64,000 bases of DNA from Planctomycetota bacterium (lineage in GTDB: Bacteria > Planctomycetota > JAJSAM01 > JAJVHW01), in contig CBDFJG010000003.1 of NCBI GenBank assembly GCA_965248445.1, forward strand, positions 608,001 to 672,000, in the 5' to 3' direction. Within the stretch, counting starts at the first letter, position 1, and each line of letters begins with the position of its first letter. The notes beneath the pieces were generated by a model. That model was not told the DNA's origin and ran no database searches. It saw only the letters and a program-made list of their open reading frames with translations. This document shows positions 8,943-21,603 of this stretch, in pieces. The position numbers were made by a program, and so were the translations under genes.

Positions 8943-10007
8943 CTACACGTCCTTCAGCCGCGCCTGCACGGCCTCTTCGACGACGACCGCGATCTTCGAG
9001 TAGGCGGCCGGCCCCTGGCCGTACGGGTCGGGGATGTCGCGGCCCTGCGGGTCGAGCGGGCGGATGCGCGCACGGGCGTCCGGGGAGAACTCGCAGATCG
9101 AGTCGCGATGCGCCTCGGTCATCACGAAGATCTCGTCCGCGTCCTCGACGAGGTTCAGCGTCAGCGGACGCGAGCGGTGCTGTGAGATGTCCAGGCCGTG
9201 GCGTTCGGCGACCTCCACTGCTTCGGCGGTGGCGGGCTCACCCTTCATGCACGCCGATCCAGCGGACTCGACACGCAGTCCGGCGAGCAGCAGTTCGTGG
9301 ATGTCCACGCCGCGGCGCTGGGCGAGCAGGCGTGTGGCGAACGCCGCGGCGAGCGGGCTCCTGCACCGATTCCCGGAGCAGACGAACAGGACCGTGTGGG
9401 CTGTCGCTTCTCGGATCTCGCGCTCGGGGATCACGCCTTCGCGCATCACCTCGACGTCGCCCTCGATGCCCACGCGAACCACGGACGAGCCCTTGCCGTG
9501 ACGGCACGGACCGCCGTCGATCACGGCGTCGAGCACGCGATCGAAGTATGCCAGCACCTGCGTGGCGGTGCGTGCGGGAGGCTGATCGCTCGGGTTCGCG
9601 CTCGTGGCGCCGATCACGAAGTCGCTGGCACCGAGCAACGCCTGTGCGACCGCGAGGTCGGGCACGCGGAATCCGGTGGGCCGTCCGTGCCGGTCCGGCG
9701 TCACCAGCGTCAGCGGCCCGGGCCAGAAGCGCTCGGTCAGTTTGCGCGCCGTCAGAGGCAGATCGCGGATGTGCTTCGAGATGGCTTTCGTGTCCGCGAG
9801 GTGGACCGTGAGGGGCTTCGCGTCCGGACGCCCCTTCGCCTGGTAGAGGCGTCGGGTCGCCGCCTCGTCCCGCAGGTTGACGGCGATCCCGTAGACCGTC
9901 TCCGTCGGGAACGCGACGAGACCGCCGTCCTGAATGATCTGGGCCAGCGCCGCCAGCTCCGGCCAGGGGCCTTCGTCGGGATCGAGCTTGACGACGTCGG
10001 TGTCCAC
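8943..10007 (-). CDS. tsaC: Threonylcarbamoyl-AMP synthase (TsaC/Sua5) fused to a low-molecular-weight protein Tyr/Arg phosphatase domain
   Basis: N-terminal VAFPTETVYG, KGRP, FWPGPLT, TSANPS. C-terminal VLFVCSGNRCRSP P-loop and DIPDPYG. Confidence 0.9.
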   Translation of the reverse strand: MDTDVVKLDPDEGPWPELAALAQIIQDGGLVAFPTETVYGIAVNLRDEAATRRLYQAKGRPDAKPLTVHLADTKAISKHIRDLPLTARKLTERFWPGPLTLVTPDRHGRPTGFRVPDLAVAQALLGASDFVIGATSANPSDQPPARTATQVLAYFDRVLDAVIDGGPCRHGKGSSVVRVGIEGDVEVMREGVIPEREIREATAHTVLFVCSGNRCRSPLAAAFATRLLAQRRGVDIHELLLAGLRVESAGSACMKGEPATAEAVEVAERHGLDISQHRSRPLTLNLVEDADEIFVMTEAHRDSICEFSPDARARIRPLDPQGRDIPDPYGQGPAAYSKIAVVVEEAVQARLKDV

Positions 10008-10093
10008 GCACCCGAGGCTACGGAAAAGGACCTACGGCTGGCCGGAGGTTCGCGGGGTGGGGGCGGGGCGGCTACCGTCCCTGACAAGACGTC

Positions 10094-10911
10094 ATGGATC
10101 CACACCTGAAAGACCGCCTCGCGTTCATGGGCTCGCTGGCCGGCGGTCTGGCCCACGAGATCAAGAATCCGCTGTCCACCATGACGATCACGCTGGGTCT
10201 TCTGCGCGAGGACTTCGAACAGCAGGAGCAGGACGAGGGCTCGACGCAGCACGGACGCCGCACGCTGCGGAAGATCCAGTTGCTCGAGGCCGAGGTCGTG
10301 CGGCTCGAGAACATCCTGGTGGACTTCCTCCAGTTCGCGGGCGGGCACGCGGTGCGGCCCGAACTGGTCGACGTCAACGTGTGGCTCGAGGAGCTGCTCG
10401 ACTTCTTCGAACCCAGTGCGGAGAAGGGCGGTGTTCAGCTCGACCGGCAGCTCGCGGTGGGGCTGCCGGACGTGCTGGTCGATCGCGAACTCATGAAGCA
10501 GGCGACGCTGAACCTGCTGAACAACGCCGTGGAGGCCATGCCGGACGGCGGTTCACTGACGGTGCGGACGTGGTCGCCCGGCGACCGCGTCCACGTCGAG
10601 GTGATCGACACGGGAACGGGCATCCACCCGGCGGACGTGCCGCGCGTCTTCCAGGTGTACTTCTCGACCAAGGACACCGGGTCGGGACTCGGCCTCCCGA
10701 CTGTGCGGCGGATCCTGGCGGAACACGGAGGGGATGTGCTCGTCGAGTCGACGCTCGGCTCGGGCACGCGTTTCACCCTCGTCCTGCCGCGCCCGTCCGC
10801 AATCTCCGGGAGCGAGACCTTGCGCCTTCCCGGCGCTTCGGCGAACGACGTGGTGAACGTCCTCGCGCGTCCGGGTGAGAACACCACGGACGCGCCGGAC
10901 ACGGAGGATTC

Positions 10912-10915
<4 letters not shown>
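10094..10915 (+). CDS. Cytoplasmic histidine kinase (HisKA + HATPase_c only)
   Basis: H-box AHEIKNPL at residue ~21, N-box NLLNNAVEA, DTGTG, GSGLGL; no TM or sensor domain. Confidence 0.92.
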
Positions 10916-12344
<1,429 letters not shown>

Positions 12345-12348
<4 letters not shown>

Positions 12349-12818
12349 CGCGGCTCCTGGCGGTCGTCGCTTTCGTGGTGGCCGTCGCGGCGTGTGGAGA
12401 TCCCCGCGCCTCCCACTACACCCCGCACGAGCCCGCTGTCGCCGACGTGGTCGGCCGCTACGAGTACGACGCGGACCTGACCTACTTCGGCGACGAGGTC
12501 GCTCCGCTGCCGGAGACCGATCCGCCTTCCGTGCTGATCCTCCGCGCCGACGGGACCTTCACGGCGACCGACTTGCCGGCGGATCAGCGCGAGTTCGACC
12601 CGGTGCCTCTCGTTTCGGCGAGCGGCCAGTGGACGATCGGCACCGTCGGGCAGGTGTACTCGGGCGACGAGGGGCGCCCGGTCTACGCGATCGAGTTCGA
12701 CGGCGAGCCCCGTCTGCAGTCGGCCTCGATCCTTGACGATGCGCCGCCACACCGGCTGGCGATCAGCCTGGGCGATCCCGACGAGGGCGCCGGTATGGCC
12801 CTTCGTCGCGCGGACTGA
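12345..12818 (+). CDS. Hypothetical lipoprotein
   Basis: Lipobox VAAC after a hydrophobic stretch; overlaps the regulator's stop; coding-like codon usage. Confidence 0.7.
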
Positions 12819-13012
12819 GGTCTTGCGCCTCGACCTCGCACTCTGACAGCCTGACAGCGGGCTGCGCGGGCCAGGCTCGCTCCTGCCACCCTGGCAAGGC
12901 TCTGGATGTGATTCAACTCCCTTCCAGGTAACGGGTTGAGGCGGATTGTCTCCGGCGGCCCGCAGGCACACGGTTTGATCTTCTCCGGTCGTTCAAAGGA
13001 ACGGAGAACGAC

Positions 13013-14947
<1,935 letters not shown>

Positions 14948-15001
14948 CAGCCCACCATCCGCCGGAGGGTCGGGTCACGCCTGTGCCGACACAGAACACG
15001 A

Positions 15002-15026
15002 GCGGTCACCGCAGCGCGGTGGCCGC
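15002..15026 (+). terminator. GC-rich hairpin downstream of dnaK, probable terminator
   Basis: GCGGTCACCGC-AGC-GCGGTGGCCGC (11-bp stem with one G-U pair), followed by a weak U-tract CTGTTCGATT. Confidence 0.5.
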
Positions 15027-15062
15027 CTGTTCGATTCCGGCCGCGGCGTTACACTCGTCTCC

Positions 15063-15602
15063 ATGCGTACGCCCGCCCTCGCGCTCGTCCTCTTGCTTGC
15101 CGCGTGCGCGAGCGACCACTCGTACGAAGCCGGCCCCGGACTGAGCCCCGAGGTACGGGCGGCTCTGCAGGCCGGTCCCTCCGGGGTGATGCGGCTCGAC
15201 GTCGGCCGCGGGACCTACCAGATCCCTGCCGGTCACCTCGCGCGGGAGCGCGATGCGCTGCTCGGCGCGCTCCTGAGGGCGCCGGTGCCGACGCCCTGGT
15301 GGGCCGACGCGAGCGGGAACCCGGGCGTCGTCCGGGTGTTCTTCGAGGACCACGATCAAGTCGTGCTCCACGAACGCCGCGAGCTGCTGCAGTTCGACTC
15401 CACCCAGGGCCGGTTCGCGCTGGTGCGCACCGATGGTATCTACCACTCCGAACTGGTCGAGCCCGAGGACCCGACGCATCACTACGTCGTGGAGTTCGAG
15501 CCGACACCCGAAGTCGATCGCGCATGGGACGCGCTCGTGCACGCCGCCGACGGTGTTGCCGTGACCGGCGTGTTGGCGGAGTCGCTCGTGGACGCTCGCT
15601 AG
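15063..15602 (+). CDS. Hypothetical lipoprotein
   Basis: MRTPALALVLLLAAC lipobox; TACACT -10-like box 7 nt upstream. Confidence 0.75.
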   Translation: MRTPALALVLLLAACASDHSYEAGPGLSPEVRAALQAGPSGVMRLDVGRGTYQIPAGHLARERDALLGALLRAPVPTPWWADASGNPGVVRVFFEDHDQVVLHERRELLQFDSTQGRFALVRTDGIYHSELVEPEDPTHHYVVEFEPTPEVDRAWDALVHAADGVAVTGVLAESLVDAR

Positions 15603-15637
15603 CGCGGTCGCGTCGCCGATATGCTGTCGGGTCTGCC

Positions 15638-16720
15638 ATGCGTCGGATAGCGACCGTCCTCGGCCTCCTTGCTGCTGTCGCCGCCCTAGCCTGGTGGTCG
15701 CTGTCGCCGCAGGAAGCGGAGGCGCCGGACGGGCCGGATCGCGCGAGCCCGACAACGCAGGAACCGGACTCTACACGGATCCCACGGCTGCGGGTGGCGC
15801 TGCCGAGAGACGCCCGGGAACGGGTGATCTACCTGCACGAGCACCTGCGGGCGCTGCGCGCCCGGTTCGACGCCGGCGTCGCAACCGAGAATGATGTCGC
15901 GGAGACCGAGCGTGCGCTGTGGATCGCTCGCGTGGCGGCGCGCGAGGTCTCGGAGAAGGCGTCGTACACCGAGGTCGCCAGGCTCGACGCGGAGGCGCTG
16001 AGCCGGGTGGAACGCAGGGAGGAGCAAGGAGTCGTGACCCCCGACGTGAAGTGGGTCGCACGTGTCCGTCTGCAGCAGTCGAAGCGGCGTGCGGGACATG
16101 ACGACGAGGAGTTCACCGCGGTGCGCGCCGCGTATCTCCAGTTCCTCGCCGCCGACAACGAGGCGAGGCTCCGGTCCGGTGTCAGCACGCCACGCGAGGT
16201 GCATCGCCGCGTCTTCGACGCGTGCAGCATATTCCCGTCGGCCGACGGTGCGAAGGACGCCGCGTGGGATCGGGCGGGCGCTGCCCTCCGCGACGTGCTC
16301 GCTGCGGATCTCGAGCGAGTGGGCGCGCAGACGCCGGGCGCGCGTCGCGTCGCTCTGGAGCTCGAGCTCGTGGACGTTTGCGAGGCGATCGGAGACGTCG
16401 CTGCCGACGACGCGCACACCCAGCGGGCGGTCATCTACGAGCAGGTCTTCCGGGAGCTCGAGCGGCGCACGGGGGCGACAGCCCCGTCGTCTGGCGACCT
16501 GGCCGCCGCCCGGCTGCGATGGCACCGCGAGATGCACTTCGGCGGTGAGAACAACCAGTACGTGCGCTTGCGCGAGCAGCTGTTCCGCGACGAACGTAAG
16601 CGTCTCGACACGCTCGTCTCGAACGGTCTGCTGGGCCCGAGCGAGCGCGCCACGACGATGGAGCGTCTGCGGGTGGAGTTCCCCGCCGCGAACGTGCTCG
16701 AAGATGTGCCCGGCGACTAG
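15638..16720 (+). CDS. Hypothetical membrane-anchored/exported alpha-helical repeat protein
   Basis: Start MRRIATVLGLLAAVAALAWW inside ORF 15104..16720; repeated helical motifs such as RFDAGVATENDVAE and EEQGVVTPDVKW. Confidence 0.7.
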   Translation: MRRIATVLGLLAAVAALAWWSLSPQEAEAPDGPDRASPTTQEPDSTRIPRLRVALPRDARERVIYLHEHLRALRARFDAGVATENDVAETERALWIARVAAREVSEKASYTEVARLDAEALSRVERREEQGVVTPDVKWVARVRLQQSKRRAGHDDEEFTAVRAAYLQFLAADNEARLRSGVSTPREVHRRVFDACSIFPSADGAKDAAWDRAGAALRDVLAADLERVGAQTPGARRVALELELVDVCEAIGDVAADDAHTQRAVIYEQVFRELERRTGATAPSSGDLAAARLRWHREMHFGGENNQYVRLREQLFRDERKRLDTLVSNGLLGPSERATTMERLRVEFPAANVLEDVPGD

Positions 16721-16967
16721 CCCGAAGAGGGGATCCGCCGGTCTGCACCGCTTCGCGGGCGGCCTAAGCTCAGGACTGCACTGGCCGGGCGCCTTGCGGC
16801 GCTGGGGATCCACGTTGTTCCGGGTGTCGCCAACTTCCTGCTCTGCCGGCTCCCGGCCCACGGCCCGGATACGTCCATCGTCGAGATGGAGAGCACACGG
16901 GTTGAGGACGATGGGGTCCTTGCGGACTGAAAGCGGTGCACGAGGCGAAGGGGGATCGGAGCATCGG

Positions 16968-19271
16968 GTGAGAGGACTCGGCGCGACTGTCGCCTTGCTG
17001 TTCTGCGCGACCGTCGCTGCGTGCGGAGGTGCGGACTCCGATCCCTCGTCGCCACGCCTTGACTACGTCGGGCGGGCGGCGTGCGCTGCTTGCCATGCGG
17101 ATGAGCACGAAGCGTGGAGCGGTTCGCACCACGATCTCGCGATGCAGGTGCCGACGGCGAGGACGGTCCTCGGGGACTTCGGCGGCGTCACGCTCGATTG
17201 GTGCGGCGTCACCTCCACGTTCACGCAGCGTGGCGACGAGTTCATCGTGCGCACCGAAGGCGACGACGGGGAGCTGCACGACTACACGGTTGCGTACACG
17301 TTCGGGGTCACGCCGCTGCAGCAGTACCTCGTGGAGTTCCCCGGCGGGCGGTACCAGACGCTCCCGTTCTGCTGGGACTCGCGCCCGGCGGATGCGGGAG
17401 GCCAGCGGTGGTTCCACATCTACCAGGACGAGCGGATCCCGCCCGGCGACGGGCTGTTCTGGACCGGGCGCGCCCAGAACTGGCAGATCATGTGCGCGGA
17501 GTGCCACTCGACACACCTCGTGAAGAACCACGATATCGAGACAGACTCCTACGCGACGACGTGGTCCGAGATCGACGTGTCCTGCGAGGCCTGTCACGGT
17601 CCGGGGCGCGAGCACGTGGCGTGGGGCGAGTCGCGGGCCGGGCGGGGGGTGGATCCGTACGAAGACGATCCGGATGACCCGATGGGCCTCGATGTAGTGC
17701 TGCGGCGCAGCACGCTACCGCCATGGGAGATCGACCCGGAGACCGGCAACGCGAAGCGCGAGCGGAGGCCGGAGGACGACGCCGAGATCGACGCATGCGC
17801 ACGCTGCCACTCTCGGCGCAGCCAGATGCGGGACGAGTACGTCCACGGCGGGCCGCTGCTCGACACGCACCGGGTCGCCCTGCTCGAGGAGCACCTGTAC
17901 TTCCCCGACGGTCAGATCAAGGGCGAGGTCTACGTCTACGGCTCGTTCGTGCAGAGCAAGATGTACGCCTCGGGCGTCGGCTGCACTGACTGCCACGAGC
18001 CGCACTCGCTGTCCTTGCGCGCGGAGGGCAACGCGCTCTGCACGCGCTGCCACCTGGACACCCAGTACGACGTGCCGGAGCACCACAACCACGAGCAGAA
18101 TGGCACGGGTGCCGCGTGCGTCGCGTGTCACATGCCGGAACGGACGTACATGGTCGTCGACCCCCGTCGGGACCACAGCCTCCGCGTGCCACGGCCGGAC
18201 CTGACACGCAAGACCGGGTCGCCCAACGCATGCAACGGGTGCCACGCCGACGAGCCGGTGGCGTGGGCCGAACAGCACGTCACCGCGTGGTACGGAGACG
18301 CGCGTTCCACCACGGAGCACTACGGCGACGTGTTCCGCGCGGCGCGCACCGGCGGGCCCGATCATGGGGCGCGCCTGATCCGGCTGGCATCCGACGGGAC
18401 GCAGACGGTGATCGTCCGCGCCACGGCGCTCTCGCTGCTGGGCGGCGCGGCGACGCCAGGCGCGGAGCGTCTGGTCGGCGCGTCGCTCCACGATGCAGAT
18501 TCGCTCGTGCGAGGTGTGGCGGCGAACATGCTGAGCGGACGGCCCCTGCCCGCGCGTGGCGCGGCGATCCCGCTGCTGCGGGATCCGGTGCTCGGCGTGC
18601 GCGTCGCCGCCGCGGAGGCGCTCCTCCCATTGATGGCGACGATGACGGGCGACGACGCCGTTGCGATGGACTCGGCGTACTCAGAACTCGTGGCGTATCA
18701 CCTGGCCACGAGTGACCGACCGGACGCGCACGTGAGCCTGGGCGCCTCGCATGCGGAGGCGGGGCGGGAGGAGGATGCAGAGAAGTCGTACCGGACCGCG
18801 CTGCGCCTCGATCCCTCGCTGGGCGCCGCATACGTGAACCTGGCGGAGCTCTTCAGGACGCAGCGGCGGGACGCCGACGGCGAGGCGCTGCTCTCGAAGG
18901 CGGCTTCGGAGCATCCGGACCAGGCCGCGTTGCATCACGCCCTTGGACTCGCGCGCGTGCGCCTCTCGCGAGTCGACGCGGCCCTGCCCTCACTCACTCG
19001 CGCGGCGGAGTTGGCCCCGGACGTGGCGCGCTACGGCTACGCGCACGGCGTCGCGTTGCACTCGACGGGGGATCTCCGAGGTGCGATCGCGGTGCTGACG
19101 GCGGCGCACGAGCGCCACCCGCGAGACGTCTCGATCGTGGAGGCGCTGGCTACCATCCACCGAGAAGCGGGAGAGTCGGAGGCGGCGCTGCGTTACGCGG
19201 CGGTACTCGTCGCGCTGCGTCCGGGAGATCCGGCGGCGAGACGGTTGCTCGAGCAGTTGCAGGGGCGTTAG
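16968..19271 (+). CDS. Multiheme (8 CxxCH) c-type cytochrome with C-terminal HEAT/TPR repeats, probable lipoprotein
   Basis: CAACH, CAECH, CEACH, CARCH, CTDCH, CTRCH, CVACH, CNGCH; lipobox VAAC; TPR helices (AEKSYRTALRLDP, AYVNLAEL). Start is GTG 16968 (GGAG RBS) or ATG 16911. Confidence 0.9.
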   Translation: MRGLGATVALLFCATVAACGGADSDPSSPRLDYVGRAACAACHADEHEAWSGSHHDLAMQVPTARTVLGDFGGVTLDWCGVTSTFTQRGDEFIVRTEGDDGELHDYTVAYTFGVTPLQQYLVEFPGGRYQTLPFCWDSRPADAGGQRWFHIYQDERIPPGDGLFWTGRAQNWQIMCAECHSTHLVKNHDIETDSYATTWSEIDVSCEACHGPGREHVAWGESRAGRGVDPYEDDPDDPMGLDVVLRRSTLPPWEIDPETGNAKRERRPEDDAEIDACARCHSRRSQMRDEYVHGGPLLDTHRVALLEEHLYFPDGQIKGEVYVYGSFVQSKMYASGVGCTDCHEPHSLSLRAEGNALCTRCHLDTQYDVPEHHNHEQNGTGAACVACHMPERTYMVVDPRRDHSLRVPRPDLTRKTGSPNACNGCHADEPVAWAEQHVTAWYGDARSTTEHYGDVFRAARTGGPDHGARLIRLASDGTQTVIVRATALSLLGGAATPGAERLVGASLHDADSLVRGVAANMLSGRPLPARGAAIPLLRDPVLGVRVAAAEALLPLMATMTGDDAVAMDSAYSELVAYHLATSDRPDAHVSLGASHAEAGREEDAEKSYRTALRLDPSLGAAYVNLAELFRTQRRDADGEALLSKAASEHPDQAALHHALGLARVRLSRVDAALPSLTRAAELAPDVARYGYAHGVALHSTGDLRGAIAVLTAAHERHPRDVSIVEALATIHREAGESEAALRYAAVLVALRPGDPAARRLLEQLQGR

Positions 19272-19993
19272 CTCGGTTCGAGAGCGCCGCTAATGACCGC
19301 TTCGCGGGCTGCCTCGTCGAACATGCGCAGCGTCTCGGTGCGCTCGGCGTTCGCGGCTTCGGCCTGCTCACGCGCGCCCGGTGTCGGGGCGAAGCCCGTC
19401 TGCCAGTGTTGCGCGGGACCCTCCAACCAACTCGTCGTCGAGTGCTCGGTCAGCCGTCCACCCGTGAACGTGTACGCGTGCGTGCGCACACCGAGCCGCT
19501 GCGTGCTGTTCTCGTAGAGCGTCAGATCCACCCGGATTACTCCGCGTTCCGGCTCAGTCGACCGCAGCCCGAAGCCGCCCGGTGACTCCGTCGTCGTCGC
19601 GGGCGCGAACCCGTGCTCGCGTGCGGTTCCGAGCACCGCGCGGAAGCGTCCCTCGTCCTCGACGATCAGGCCGGCATGGAACAGACGCACGAGTTCCACG
19701 GCCGCTGCTTCGGTTGTGACCGGCGCGAAGATGCGTTCGGTCGTCGTCTGCGTCAGTGCGACCCGCTCCGCGCCGTCGTCTCCGAGCAGGTAGGGGTACG
19801 AGTCACGCAGCGAAGCGCTCCCGTGCAACAGGTTGACTCCCGGCGCCATCTGCAGGCTGTGGAGCACGACGGCGTCGGCAGGGGAGCCGGTCTTCCCGCG
19901 CGGCACCTTCGGGATCTCGTTCGGAGACGTGCTCTCGACAGGTGATGCACAGCCGGTGAGCGCCAAGACGACCGCCAGTGCAGCGGCGCGCAT
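19268..19993 (-). CDS. Hypothetical lipoprotein
   Basis: MRAAALAVVLALTGC lipobox; starts 7 nt after the stop of the selenoprotein gene. Confidence 0.72.
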   Translation of the reverse strand: MRAAALAVVLALTGCASPVESTSPNEIPKVPRGKTGSPADAVVLHSLQMAPGVNLLHGSASLRDSYPYLLGDDGAERVALTQTTTERIFAPVTTEAAAVELVRLFHAGLIVEDEGRFRAVLGTAREHGFAPATTTESPGGFGLRSTEPERGVIRVDLTLYENSTQRLGVRTHAYTFTGGRLTEHSTTSWLEGPAQHWQTGFAPTPGAREQAEAANAERTETLRMFDEAAREAVISGALEPS

Positions 19994-20000
19994 CCCGTCG

Positions 20001-21005
20001 CTACTCGCCGGTCTCTTCGGAACTCGCGTCGCCGTCATCGCCCGCCGGTCCCTTGCCACCGAAGAGAGGCGCCCAGCGGGTGCCCCCGAGACTCTCCAGC
20101 GCCTTGGCCTTTGCCCTGTCGAGCTGGTCGGTCTTCTCCGGGCGTATCGCGTCGATCTGCACGTATGCGGTGATCGCGGCGACGCCGTGCTCTGCGGTGG
20201 CGGCCTCCGGCTCGCCCTTGAACAGCTTGGCTAGTCTCTTGAGGTCCTTCTTCCACGTGGCTGCGGCCTTCTTGTCGGCGGGCCTCTCGACCAGCGCTTG
20301 TTCGATGCGCACGAACTCAGAGTCCGCGTAGTCGCGGGCAAACTGCATTGCCTCGTCGACTTGCGCCCGTTCGTCGCAGCGGCCGCGAATGGCAGCGCCC
20401 TGCCTGCCGAACGCGAGAACCTTCGGCAGGTCACCGTCCTCGGCGGCGGCAACGGCCTTCTCACCGAGCACGACGAGCTTCGCCGCGTCCTGCGCGGTCG
20501 CGGGGAACAGCGGGTGGTTCTCGACGAGATCGAGGTCCTTCTCGAACTCCGCGATCGTGCGGCTGCCGGTGTAACCGTGCACGAACTGGAAGTCGTGCGT
20601 CATGAACGCGATGTAGGGGAGGCTGCCCAAGCCTTTGAACTTCTCGCTGAAGTAGAGGAGGAGCTTGCGCTCGACGTCGGGCGGGTCGGCGGCCGCGGCC
20701 AGACCGACGGCGATCTTCGAGATGCGCGCGCGCACCGGCTTGGTGGGGAGGACGCCCTCCACGAGGGCGCGGCACTTGCTTCAACTCTCGCGGCCGAACT
20801 CGATCAGGATCAGCTTGCGCCGCTCCTCCGCGACCTTCTGCGCGTCGGCCAGCTTCTTGGACCAGTCGAGCGTGCCCTTGTCGTCGTAGAGACGGTGGGG
20901 GCGGAGCGGGTCGGTGTCGGATCCGCGGGCGCCCAGCAGACTGGGCGCGAACGACAGCGCGAGGGTGGCGAGCAGGGCCACGGCAGCGATCCGGGTTGCA
21001 TGCAT
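20001..21005 (-). CDS. Exported thioredoxin-fold selenoprotein (UxxC, Sec at codon 75) with a C-terminal helical domain, 334 aa
   Basis: ORFs 20781..21035 and 20001..20762 are in the same frame, separated by one TGA (20783-20781): KLILIEFGRES-TGA-SKCRALVEGVL. GGAGG RBS, signal peptide, cis-Pro strand SLPYIAF, SECIS-like hairpin downstream. Confidence 0.85.
20752..20770 (-). promoter_or_regulatory. Putative bacterial SECIS element
   Basis: GCGCCCUC-GUG-GAGGGCGU: an 8-bp stem starting at +11 after UGA, with the loop at +19 beginning with GU. Confidence 0.7.
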
Positions 21006-21198
21006 CCGAGAACCTCCCTGCAGGTCGGGACGCACGTGGCCGCGTTCCGGTTCCGCCAGGCTACTCGTTCGGATCGTCAGCGCACGCGGCGGGCCGGAGC
21101 CGCTCTGCTCAGCCGATCGTCAGAGAAGGCCAACGGCCTCTCGCGGGAGGGATCAGCGCGTCCCGGCGGCGGGACCGCCGGGACGCGCGTCGATCAGA

Positions 21199-21603
21199 CT
21201 ACTTCGGCGGACAGGCCTCGGCGCCGATGGGCGCGTTGTAGTCGCCCTCCCACGTGCCGTGGTACGGCTCGCTCATCTCGCCGCCGAATGCTTCGCACAG
21301 GTCTCCGGGGTTGGCGGGGCCCATGTCCTCCGTCATGTCGCTCGGCTGGATCGGCCACAGCGAGTTGTCGTAGACGATGGTCCCGCTGCCGTCGCCGTTG
21401 TCGTAGACGGCTGCGACGAGAGCGGGCGGCGGGGGCGGATCGACCGGCGGATCGGTGATGATCTGTCGGCGCACCTGGATCAGTCCCGGCGTGCCGGTGT
21501 GTTCCTCTTTCGTCTCTCCGTTGCACGCACTGAGTGCCGCGACGCACCCCAGCGCGGCCACCAGTGCCACGGTCGTCACGACTCGTCTCCAGTTCGAGAT
21601 CAT
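21199..21603 (-). CDS. Small hypothetical lipoprotein
   Basis: GGAGG RBS, hydrophobic signal ending LSAC, Pro-rich linker, acidic C-terminal domain with two Cys. Confidence 0.72.
   Translation of the reverse strand: MISNWRRVVTTVALVAALGCVAALSACNGETKEEHTGTPGLIQVRRQIITDPPVDPPPPPALVAAVYDNGDGSGTIVYDNSLWPIQPSDMTEDMGPANPGDLCEAFGGEMSEPYHGTWEGDYNAPIGAEACPPK

Noticed and set aside
12835..12861. CIRCE-like element upstream of dnaK (CTCGCACTC-N9-GACAGCGGG)
   Set aside because: The left arm matches TTAGCACTC at 7/9 but the right arm matches GAGTGCTAA at only 4/9, and the arms are not complementary; no hrcA nearby.
16062..16910. N-terminal ~280 aa of the 1069-aa ORF
   Set aside because: It overlaps the 15638-16720 gene in another frame and is Arg/Ser-rich noise; the cytochrome signal peptide begins near 16911-16968.
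20781..20783. Genome-wide UGA reassignment (Trp/Gly) as the explanation for the in-frame TGA
   Set aside because: Many confident genes here end at TGA at their expected C-termini (gspE, rpsU, purN, rpe), so UGA is a normal stop; the read-through is site-specific.
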